Assembly: GCA_009838635.1 (NCBI GenBank)
Contig: VXRE01000161.1
Coordinates: 2,485-66,484 of the forward strand
Direction of reading: 5' to 3'
Length of the DNA: 64,000 bases
From: Acidimicrobiia bacterium
GTDB taxonomy: Bacteria > Actinomycetota > Acidimicrobiia > Spongiisociales > Spongiisociaceae
The notes beneath the pieces were generated by a model. It ran no database searches, was not told where the DNA came from, and worked only from the letters and a program-made list of their open reading frames with translations. How positions within the stretch are numbered: position 1 is the first letter of the stretch; every line of letters starts with the position of its first letter. The translations under genes were made by a program, and so were the position numbers. This document shows positions 9,501 through 17,067 of the stretch, piece by piece.

Positions 9501-12500
9501 GCGAAGCGTTCGGGAAGAACAAGTGAAACTGTCTTGCCCTCGGAACTTCGCGCGGATGTGTGCATACTGGACCCGGAGCCCGGAGTAGCCAACCTCTACG
9601 AGTTCATACCTGCGTTGAGTCGTGATCATGTCCTTCGGTTGATGTTGGAGGCCTCACGTCCGTGGTGTTTCGCCGAACGGATCGTGCAACACCTGCGTTC
9701 CGACGATGGTCAGATCAGCCCGCCGCGTGACCTCGACCTGCGTCAACTGTTGAGGACTAGCTCTTGGTTGCCGGATCGCGATGGCGAGGGTCTTTCCCCG
9801 GATGCTGTGCTCATCGCTCCAGAGGAACTGCTCGATGCCGCTGCAGATCTGGCCGAGTCGGGCGCTTTCGGTGCGAAGAAGCTTCCCGATTCAGTCGATC
9901 CGCAGTTCTGGCAGATGGCGGAGCCGGTGGTTCGAGAGATTCTCGGCCGTAGGAGCCACGCGCGCCAGGTAGAACGGCTAGCCGACGCCATGGATCCCGA
10001 TCGCGTAGCGCGGGTAGATGGCGGTGCTTGGCTTGTTATGTCGGAGCCGGAGCGGGTAGACGGTATGTTGATCGACCGCGCTCTGGAAACGACACTTTCC
10101 GGTAGCCATCGCGGTTGGAAGTTCTTGCATACTGTCAACAAGATACTGCGGCGCGGGGCTACTAGCGCATCTAGGGATGATCGGAACGCGCTATTGAAGG
10201 TGGCGAGGTCACTCTGCGCGCCTGTTCCCTGGGTACGCCAGATCGAAGTGCTGACCTTGCTTGCCGACAGCAGACCTGCCAAGGACTCTGCGGGCGGACG
10301 CACGTTCAGGTGGCTTCTGGGCTGTTTCGCAGCACTCAACGGCTTCTTCGAGCAAGTCCTGCCGGAGCTCGACCTGCCCACCCGGGACGGCAACTGGCAT
10401 GTGAGCCGTGATGTCGCGAGGACCGAAACCGGGGTTGCCCGTCAGCACCTTCTGGTCTCTGAACTCCGTCCGACGCTGGGTTTGGACGGCGGCGACCGGC
10501 CCTCGAGTCCGGTGGGTGCGGGAGTGAGAGTGCACGAATCGGCAGTAGACGCGTTGAGGGACTACTTCGAGGCTTGGCGTGGCCAACTCCCGCCCGCCGC
10601 CGTGGGCGCGTTCCTCAGTTTGCTAGGGGGCGGCTCGCGAGGAGAAATCACGAAACTCGCCACGGAGTGGCTTGGGGACGAGATCAGCCCTGAGGCATTG
10701 CGCACAGACAGCACGTTGATTGGAGCGAACGGAAAGGATCCTTGTGCTGGTGTAGTTGTCTGGGTCTCCCCACGTGCCGCGCGCGGGGATCGTGTTTTGG
10801 CGGCCAACGTAATCGGCGAGTGGGTGGAGATGAAGGCCGAGCCTGACAGAAGCACCCTGTTCGCGATTGATCCGGAGGATCATCCCGGCTCGAACTGGGG
10901 GATTGCGCCTGATCGACCCTTCTGGGAGCTTCATCTGCGCGACATCAACCCGCGGGACACCAACAGCTCCGAACTCATACAGCTTCTGGGTGGAACGGTA
11001 GAGAGATGGGCGACCGAATACCTCAAGCTGGACCGAGACCACGTTAGGAAGTGGTGGTCTCGTTGGGCGGGTGGCTCCAAGGTGGACCTTGACCCCGTGC
11101 TCGCCTCAATCTTGGCGCATATGCCGCTCACACTCCGATTACTCAATGTTGGAGGTAGCGCACCGCTCCGGGAAGCTCTCAGGGCCGCCGAGCGCGCACA
11201 AAGGAAGCGAGAGCAGGCGCCCTCGGACGAAACCATCAGCATGGAGAGGGTTTCCCTGCAACGCCTGGCGTACCTCATCGGGATGAGAGAGCACCAGGAT
11301 TATCTTTGGAGGCGCGTCAACGAACTGATGGGCCGCTACGGCTACCGAGCCGACAGCGTGTTGCTTGAACTCGCGCAAAACGCCGACGACGCCCTCGCGC
11401 AGACCGCCGAGATCGAAGGGAGGCCTCTGCCACCCAACAGCCGACGCTTCGTAGTGAAGGTCCAGGAGATCGATGGATCGCCCACCGTTGATGTGATGCA
11501 TTGGGGGCGCCCGATCAACGACACCGGTAGGGCAACCTTTCCGGCTGGTCGAGATCGTCAGTGGGACCAGGATCTTTACTTCATGATGCTCATGAATCTG
11601 AGCAGCAAACCCGGCGAATCGCCGAGAGAAGGTTCTTTGTCCTCGACCACCGGTCGCTTCGGCCTCGGCTTCAAGTCCGTCCACCTCGTTTCGTCGTCCC
11701 CGTCCGTGTTCAGCGGGTTCATCGCATTCTCCATCGTGGGAGGCTTACTTCCGGTGGAGCGAGCAATCCCTGAGGATGCGGACTCATGGATGACCGACGG
11801 TCGCAGAGCAACCCTGGTCCGGATGCCCCTACGAACCGACAGGGACGCAGACAAGCTGATCGGCTCGCTATTTGATCGCTTTTCGTACGCTCGAGTCCTG
11901 TTGCCTGTATTCGCTCGGCAGATTCGGGAAGTCGTTGTTGAATGTGGCCCACATGCCGACCGCCACGCATTCGATGGCCAACCCATAAGAGCCGCATCTG
12001 GGTGGTCAATCGGGACGGAAACCGAGTTGCCCGACGATCGGGGACGCTGGCGGATCCTTCGTTTCCGACCCTCGGACTCGGGGCGAGGGGACATGGGCAC
12101 CGCAGCATTGGCCGTCGGACTACGGGATGACGTTCCGACCGCATTCACCCCGAAGGTACCGTTCCTGTGGAACGTCACGCCGACGAGCGAGGAGTGGGCC
12201 TGCGGTTACGTCGTCAACGGACCGTTCAAGCTTGATCCTGGCCGAACCCATGTGTCTCTTGATGACGAGACGACCCTTGAAACTCTCGATGGCTTGGGCC
12301 GCGAACTTGGAAGAGGCCTGATCGAGTTGCACAAAGGGTTGAGCGGTGTGACAGAGGCACGTGCCCTGCTCAACCAGTCTGGGGGTGACGTTCAGGGTTT
12401 CTTGTCATCTCTTTGGGAGCTTCTCGCCTCCGGTGTGGATAGTCTCGATCCGCTGCGCAAGAAGTTTGTTCTCCGTTTGCACGGGAGTGGTAGCGGCATA

Positions 12501-14039
12501 TCTGCTTGGATGGCCGATTGTTCGGTCGTGCCTACCAATCTACCGGCGCCGTTTCCGAAGTTGCTACCTCCGCTGAGTTCAGGAACGTCGTGGGAAGTCG
12601 CGGCGGATGGCCTGGACGATCCCGATCTTTGCATGAGCCTGGCCGAAGTCGACGATAAGGACTTCCACTCTCTCATCAGCACCCGACACATCGTGTCCGC
12701 CAAGACCAACCGGCTCCTCGCTCCGTTGCTCGCGCCATCCGGGGGACGTGACGATCCGGCCCGGGTAGGTCTGGGTGACTTCCTGGCGGAATTGGCTGAG
12801 AAGTGGGAGTACCGCTTGACGCCAGCACGCCTTCACGCGCTGCGCCCGCTAACCAGTGCTGCAGCTTGGGAGTCAGTTTTCCGCGATCCGCTTGTTGTCA
12901 ACTGGCGCCACAAGATTCGGGCACGAGCAGTTGACGGAAGTTATCAGCCCGTGCATCGGTTGCTGATTGGTAAGTCTCCCCACTTCTCGGGCGGATCTGG
13001 CGGAGGCCTCAAGGATGAACTGCTGCTCTCGGGCTTCGCTCCCGGAAACCAGGTTCTGGATCCTCGGTACATCGCATGCCCGCGGGATTGGAGACTTCTC
13101 CGATGGCTTCGACCGCAAACGGTCCGGGTAGCTGACAGGGAGATCGCGATCTGGTATCGGGACACCGACGAGGACCTTCGCCCGGCCGCGCTTCGCTACC
13201 TGCTTCTAGGAGGACAGCGCGATTCGGTTCTTCAGAAGCTGATCCCACACGGATCCCGTCCCCGGTGGCTTAGCGACCTAGATGGCGTCCGCCACATGCT
13301 CGAGGACATCTGCGACGAGCCGTGGCGTAGGCGGGTACTCCTGGTGACACTCTTTCCCGAAAGGTTCGCGGCGCCGGAGTCCGTGTCATCGCCAGGTTCC
13401 GCCAGCGACTCAGTCGACAGCGGCACATTCTTCAAACGCCTATCGGAATGGTGGAACGAAGCCGAGGTTCGCAGCAACGTGATCGCCGGGTACGAAGAGC
13501 AGGCCTGGCCAAGCTGGCTACGGAGAGGGGCCGACATTTCAGAACGACTCCGAACTCGATCAGAGGACCACTGGCTTGCGCTGCTGATTCTGGGCGCGTG
13601 CCGAGGGCTTGGCCGCAAGGAATCTCAACACCGGGGCTTCCTGGACATGGTTCGCGAGCGCGGATGGTGGGACATATTCAAGAACCCGGATGATCCTGAA
13701 GCCTGGATGCGTATGCTACGGGAGTGGCAGGACGACTCGACGAGGAAGCTGGCCTACGCGCGGTGGATGTCACTGTTCCCGGCGATCTATCAGCTCAGCC
13801 GATACCGGGAGAAGTATGTTCGGGTACTCAGGTCGGCTCGACAATACGAGACGACAGCGTACGGCATAGCTCTCGTGTTTGCGCCGAGGGCGAATCCAGC
13901 CTTCGGGGAAGCTGGCGCACAATTCGACGCACCGCCGGCTCCTCTCGATATGGGTCGCCATTGGGTGCTACGGGAGTTGGTGCGCCTCGGAGTCGTTGAG
14001 GGTGAGCACCTGTACCCGGATTGTTGGGTGCCATCCTAG
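6579..14039 (+). CDS. Giant (2486 aa) protein with two sacsin/Hsp90-type GHKL ATPase modules
   Basis: Module 1: N-box ELVQNADDA (6714-6740), GTFGIGLKSVFH (6915-6950), ILHGYFWPSQDRR (7752-7790). Module 2: ELAQNADDA (11367-11393), GRFGLGFKSVH (11652-11684), YVVNGPFKLDPGR (about 12207-12245). More than 1000 aa of Leu/Arg-rich sequence lies between them. Uninterrupted 7.4-kb ORF. Confidence 0.8.
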   Translation: MIESREEQPPDIAGIVRDPRDEIEAIQSLLADVYRDAGDGRTLFRELVQNADDAEARRLTLVVLEDGWRDAQNSLLRGPALLVANDGPFPTKDREALHKAIGGSKKADVDKIGTFGIGLKSVFHICEAFLYIGAAQSEWWPGVLNPWYGTGEDGRGDPLFPDWDVVGEEDRQRLRVAARHLLGETDGGLLLWIPLRRNEHDRGTGGRFWLASHCPVPQEICSWFGSSTPAALLLAQCGHLQSIDTRRATNPETLSDSVTLMSVSRPPSRWLGRYQEESTWFLERRFGGEIAATKSMWSVVGVESLDGTSLVSLRDHTDWPRITVNRNGRHEWAPRKALAHAAVTVLRPVETDAYQLGTRLRWAVFLPLDDHPEPGSSAIVKSNGPSPAWDIILHGYFWPSQDRRSVPGVTDQEGDPSSGNDMRVRWNRRLCEELLLPLLPRALAAAVDGVEEEAALSLLQRVEASGMLENRMPFVTRRHWLLPVLAYNRAHWKVIAADASLVLSIPNWGRAPEDVRERFLASCRAAAGDTVFIEETAPRLSGELGDWTVGHLELLLGSIPVGAFASVESLRWMAGVASHILGMDERPQDARMGVFIRWLVQRIGEGALTPTTRQSFTSETREELRAEWRNLCRNIPDGWLVETAVDSRQAVQELANCDGILGKGLFLLPVGRRSGDPEHPLDLDSDQLDRALTALGNLLQAGGESEGLRRSRLLLNETLLSARLERHMDAGLCGLPILRVTRLPDEIEEAWSVADLRRQIENRRVFDRGDKAATKDLSTALDAPVWLVSGEALASIGADVPTPEPEALADAVLQAREFAESGSRRPLIHRLVSNISGSNTKVHLAARALLAGHTADVVGLDTELFQARGEHRSALLILLRLLDQSWRAVDRRVAGSLSHNTLEAFSVSQADLEALHRLLDECLVSQVDWTTLRNEEALLLLKHSYSTDPALRHRWRDMPLHRDIDGMRGAFDDSAKRSGRTSETVLPSELRADVCILDPEPGVANLYEFIPALSRDHVLRLMLEASRPWCFAERIVQHLRSDDGQISPPRDLDLRQLLRTSSWLPDRDGEGLSPDAVLIAPEELLDAAADLAESGAFGAKKLPDSVDPQFWQMAEPVVREILGRRSHARQVERLADAMDPDRVARVDGGAWLVMSEPERVDGMLIDRALETTLSGSHRGWKFLHTVNKILRRGATSASRDDRNALLKVARSLCAPVPWVRQIEVLTLLADSRPAKDSAGGRTFRWLLGCFAALNGFFEQVLPELDLPTRDGNWHVSRDVARTETGVARQHLLVSELRPTLGLDGGDRPSSPVGAGVRVHESAVDALRDYFEAWRGQLPPAAVGAFLSLLGGGSRGEITKLATEWLGDEISPEALRTDSTLIGANGKDPCAGVVVWVSPRAARGDRVLAANVIGEWVEMKAEPDRSTLFAIDPEDHPGSNWGIAPDRPFWELHLRDINPRDTNSSELIQLLGGTVERWATEYLKLDRDHVRKWWSRWAGGSKVDLDPVLASILAHMPLTLRLLNVGGSAPLREALRAAERAQRKREQAPSDETISMERVSLQRLAYLIGMREHQDYLWRRVNELMGRYGYRADSVLLELAQNADDALAQTAEIEGRPLPPNSRRFVVKVQEIDGSPTVDVMHWGRPINDTGRATFPAGRDRQWDQDLYFMMLMNLSSKPGESPREGSLSSTTGRFGLGFKSVHLVSSSPSVFSGFIAFSIVGGLLPVERAIPEDADSWMTDGRRATLVRMPLRTDRDADKLIGSLFDRFSYARVLLPVFARQIREVVVECGPHADRHAFDGQPIRAASGWSIGTETELPDDRGRWRILRFRPSDSGRGDMGTAALAVGLRDDVPTAFTPKVPFLWNVTPTSEEWACGYVVNGPFKLDPGRTHVSLDDETTLETLDGLGRELGRGLIELHKGLSGVTEARALLNQSGGDVQGFLSSLWELLASGVDSLDPLRKKFVLRLHGSGSGISAWMADCSVVPTNLPAPFPKLLPPLSSGTSWEVAADGLDDPDLCMSLAEVDDKDFHSLISTRHIVSAKTNRLLAPLLAPSGGRDDPARVGLGDFLAELAEKWEYRLTPARLHALRPLTSAAAWESVFRDPLVVNWRHKIRARAVDGSYQPVHRLLIGKSPHFSGGSGGGLKDELLLSGFAPGNQVLDPRYIACPRDWRLLRWLRPQTVRVADREIAIWYRDTDEDLRPAALRYLLLGGQRDSVLQKLIPHGSRPRWLSDLDGVRHMLEDICDEPWRRRVLLVTLFPERFAAPESVSSPGSASDSVDSGTFFKRLSEWWNEAEVRSNVIAGYEEQAWPSWLRRGADISERLRTRSEDHWLALLILGACRGLGRKESQHRGFLDMVRERGWWDIFKNPDDPEAWMRMLREWQDDSTRKLAYARWMSLFPAIYQLSRYREKYVRVLRSARQYETTAYGIALVFAPRANPAFGEAGAQFDAPPAPLDMGRHWVLRELVRLGVVEGEHLYPDCWVPS

Positions 14040-14042
14040 CAA

Positions 14043-14243
14043 GTGCTTGCCCTTCTGGAGCGTGTCGGCTTCGTCCGCCCGGATGACGCTTTGTCCAACC
14101 CGGAGAAAGCACGCGCCATATTCAACTTCATGATATCCGGGTTAGGCACGGCATCGCCGAATCTCCATCGTGCCTTCGACATACCGGTACGCCGTGTGGC
14201 TTCGGATCCGGATCTGCGCCGTCGGTTCGGCTTGGAGCACTGA
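14043..14243 (+). CDS. 66-aa ORF in the same frame as the giant gene (possible separate micro-protein or severed C-terminus)
   Basis: GTG at 14043 is in frame with 6579 (both divisible by 3), separated only by TAG (14037-14039) plus CAA. Its TGA (14241-14243) overlaps the SNF2 ATG (14243). Confidence 0.4.
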   Translation: MLALLERVGFVRPDDALSNPEKARAIFNFMISGLGTASPNLHRAFDIPVRRVASDPDLRRRFGLEH

Positions 14244-16939
14244 TGGCTCCCCTCGATCCGAACGCGGCGGTCAGGCATCCGCGCTTTGGTAATGGTCATG
14301 TCCTGCTGGATCAGGGCGAGAGCGTCGTTGTCCGCTTCGAGCACGGGATCGAGGAGTGTCTGGCGGCCGACCTCGAACTTGTCGACGGTCTGGCGGAGCG
14401 TATGGCTGCCGGACGGCTCGATTCGGCATTGCCTGTTGTCACGCGAATCCTCGGTGAGTGCATTCGATCAGTTAATGACGCTTGGGGCGTCTTTTCCCGA
14501 TCACGCATCGATTTGCTGCCGCACCAGCTCTGGGTCTGCAAACGCGTCCTCGAATCGTGGCCCACGCGATGGCTGGTTGCTGACGATGTCGGGCTTGGCA
14601 AGACCATCGAGGCGGGTCTCATCCTCACGCCGCTGCTCTCATCGGGGCGGGTGCGTCGGCTGCTGATTCTGGCGCCTGCCAGCCTGGTCGGACAGTGGCA
14701 GGTGCGAATGCGCGAGATGTTCGAAATTCGCATCGCGACCTACGCCGCCGCCGCAGACACACCAAGCTCCGACTTCTGGAACACCCAAGACAAGGTGATC
14801 GCCTCAGCGCATACGTTACGGCTCGATACGGCAGGTCGTTGGGAGCGCATGTTGGACGCCCAACCATGGGATCTCGTTCTTATCGACGAGGCCCATCACA
14901 TGAACGTCGATGAGCAGGGCCGCCGCACGTTGTCGTATCAGCTCTTGGACCGCCTGCAAGAACGGGGCAAGGTCCAGTCGATGGTGCTGTTCACCGGTAC
15001 CCCCCATCGTGGCAAGGACAAGGGATTCCTCTCCCTGCTGAGATTGTTAAGACCCGCCGACTTCGATCCCGACCAGCCTCTCGAAGACCAGATCGGGAAA
15101 CTCCGTTCGGTGATGATTCGCAATAACAAGCACTCCGTCACAGACATGTCCGGCTCGCCGCTGTTCACGCCGGTGCGATCAACTCGGGAGACCTACACCT
15201 ACTCGCCGCAGGAGGCGCGCTTTTATGAGCAGCTCACCCAGTTCATCCTGACAGGCAAGGCCTACGCCGCAGGTCTTCGCTTCAAGGATCAACGTGTGGT
15301 GACCTTGGCCCTCATCACGATGCAGAAGCTCGCCTCGAGTTCTGTGGCGGCAGTAAGACGGGCTCTCACTCGGCGGCTCGCTGGCCTCCGCGACGCGGAG
15401 GCCAGGTTGGAGAAATCGCGCCAGGGTCTGGAGCGCTTGATGGAGCTCCGGGTTCAGGACGACCCGGCGAATCTGGACGAGATCAGTCGGCTGGAGGAGC
15501 AGGTAGTAGAGACCCTCATGGGAGTCAGGCTCAACCCCGACGAGATTCCGGCGCTTGAGGAACTGCTCGCAGCGGCCAGCCAGGTCACCAGCGAGACGAA
15601 AATCGCCCGCATCATCACGGTGATCGACGATTGTTTCGCCGATCGATCCGTGCTGTTCTTCACCGAATACAAGGCAACCCAGGCCTTGCTCATGAGCGCG
15701 CTAAACAAGCGCTACGGTGACGGGTGTGTGACGTTCATTAACGGCGATGGGTATGTGGAGGGTGTACAGGATGCGTCAGGCAACGTCTGCCGCCTGACGG
15801 AAGATCGGCGCCAGGCGGCGGCACGCTTCAACCGGGGAGATGTTCGCTTTCTCGTATCTACGGAGGCCGCCGGCGAGGGCATCGACCTGCAGGAAAGTTG
15901 CAGCGCCTTGGTCCATACCGATCTGCCGTGGAATCCGATGCGCCTGCACCAGCGTGTTGGGCGTTTGAGCCGCTACGGCCAAACAAAGCGCGTTGATGTG
16001 GTCACGGTGAGGAATCCGCACACCGTGGAGAGTCACATCTGGGATCTACTGGACGAGAAGCTGGCACGAATTGACCTGGCACTTAGGGGCGCGATGGACG
16101 ATCCCGAGGACATTCGCCAACTCGTAATCGGGATGGCGTCTCCAGGTATGTTCACCAAGGTGTTCTCCGAAGCCGATTCCGCCAGTGGCAGGGGACAAAC
16201 CCTTGACGATTGGTTCGATGCCGAAACGGCGACATTCGGCAGCGCGGAAGCGGTGGACACCGTGCGCGATCTGGTTGGTAATGTCGCTCGCTTCGACTTC
16301 GGAACCGTGGCGGGCCAGATCCCACGCGTAGATCTGCCGGATCTCGTTCCGTTCGTCAAAGCGATCCTCACCGTCCGAGGCCGGCGGCCCGACCAGGCAG
16401 ACGATCTCCGCCTGTCCTTCCGTCCACCGGAAGAGTGGAAGGACGACTTCTTGATCTCCACGGTCGACCGCTATGAGCTTCTGTTCGCCCGGGAGCCGCA
16501 ACCCAAAGAGGGAGAGGATGTCGCAGGGGTCGGGCTGCGAGTTGTCGACCGAGCGCTCCAGGATGCTGGGGAACTGGCCAGTGCCTATGCCGCGGTCCGT
16601 GGCTTGGACGCTCCCCTTTTCGTATTCAGTGTGCGCGATCGGATCACCGGCTCCGACGGCCCCATCCGCGCTGTGGTCGTGGCTGCCCAAAGGGGCGCAG
16701 ACGGCGACTGGAACCTGATTCGCGATTGGGAACTGGTACATCGCCTCAATCCGCTCGCTGACAAGCCCCGCAGCATTGTGTTCAGCGATGCCGAACCGGC
16801 GCTCGATGCCTCGGATCTGATGCTGAGCGCACACGAGTATGTGGTTTCGATAACCGATGTGCTTGATCTCCCGTTCACCTTGCCGACCGTCGAGAGCCTC
16901 GCTTGCCTCGTACCGGCCTCACACGGTGGTACTCGCTAG
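14243..16939 (+). CDS. SNF2-family ATPase, RapA/HepA-like, with N-terminal Tudor/SH3-like motif and uncharacterised C-terminal region
   Basis: LLPHQL (14513-14530), ADDVGLGKT (14579-14605), DEAHH (14885-14899), QRVGRLSRYGQ (15950-15982). The local pattern LLPHQLWVCKRV..W..LVADDVGLGKTIEAGLIL...RRLLILAPASLVGQWQVRM parallels E. coli RapA as I recall it. Confidence 0.85.
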   Translation: MAPLDPNAAVRHPRFGNGHVLLDQGESVVVRFEHGIEECLAADLELVDGLAERMAAGRLDSALPVVTRILGECIRSVNDAWGVFSRSRIDLLPHQLWVCKRVLESWPTRWLVADDVGLGKTIEAGLILTPLLSSGRVRRLLILAPASLVGQWQVRMREMFEIRIATYAAAADTPSSDFWNTQDKVIASAHTLRLDTAGRWERMLDAQPWDLVLIDEAHHMNVDEQGRRTLSYQLLDRLQERGKVQSMVLFTGTPHRGKDKGFLSLLRLLRPADFDPDQPLEDQIGKLRSVMIRNNKHSVTDMSGSPLFTPVRSTRETYTYSPQEARFYEQLTQFILTGKAYAAGLRFKDQRVVTLALITMQKLASSSVAAVRRALTRRLAGLRDAEARLEKSRQGLERLMELRVQDDPANLDEISRLEEQVVETLMGVRLNPDEIPALEELLAAASQVTSETKIARIITVIDDCFADRSVLFFTEYKATQALLMSALNKRYGDGCVTFINGDGYVEGVQDASGNVCRLTEDRRQAAARFNRGDVRFLVSTEAAGEGIDLQESCSALVHTDLPWNPMRLHQRVGRLSRYGQTKRVDVVTVRNPHTVESHIWDLLDEKLARIDLALRGAMDDPEDIRQLVIGMASPGMFTKVFSEADSASGRGQTLDDWFDAETATFGSAEAVDTVRDLVGNVARFDFGTVAGQIPRVDLPDLVPFVKAILTVRGRRPDQADDLRLSFRPPEEWKDDFLISTVDRYELLFAREPQPKEGEDVAGVGLRVVDRALQDAGELASAYAAVRGLDAPLFVFSVRDRITGSDGPIRAVVVAAQRGADGDWNLIRDWELVHRLNPLADKPRSIVFSDAEPALDASDLMLSAHEYVVSITDVLDLPFTLPTVESLACLVPASHGGTR

Positions 16940-17067
16940 TCCCTCAGGGTCATCGCTGGACTCCATCCAACCTGGACAGGGATTCAACGGTCGTATTCCG
17001 GGGTTCGTTCGATCAACAGGATGCACTTGCCATATTTTTCTTGTTATATACGTGAATCAGCAGTGTT

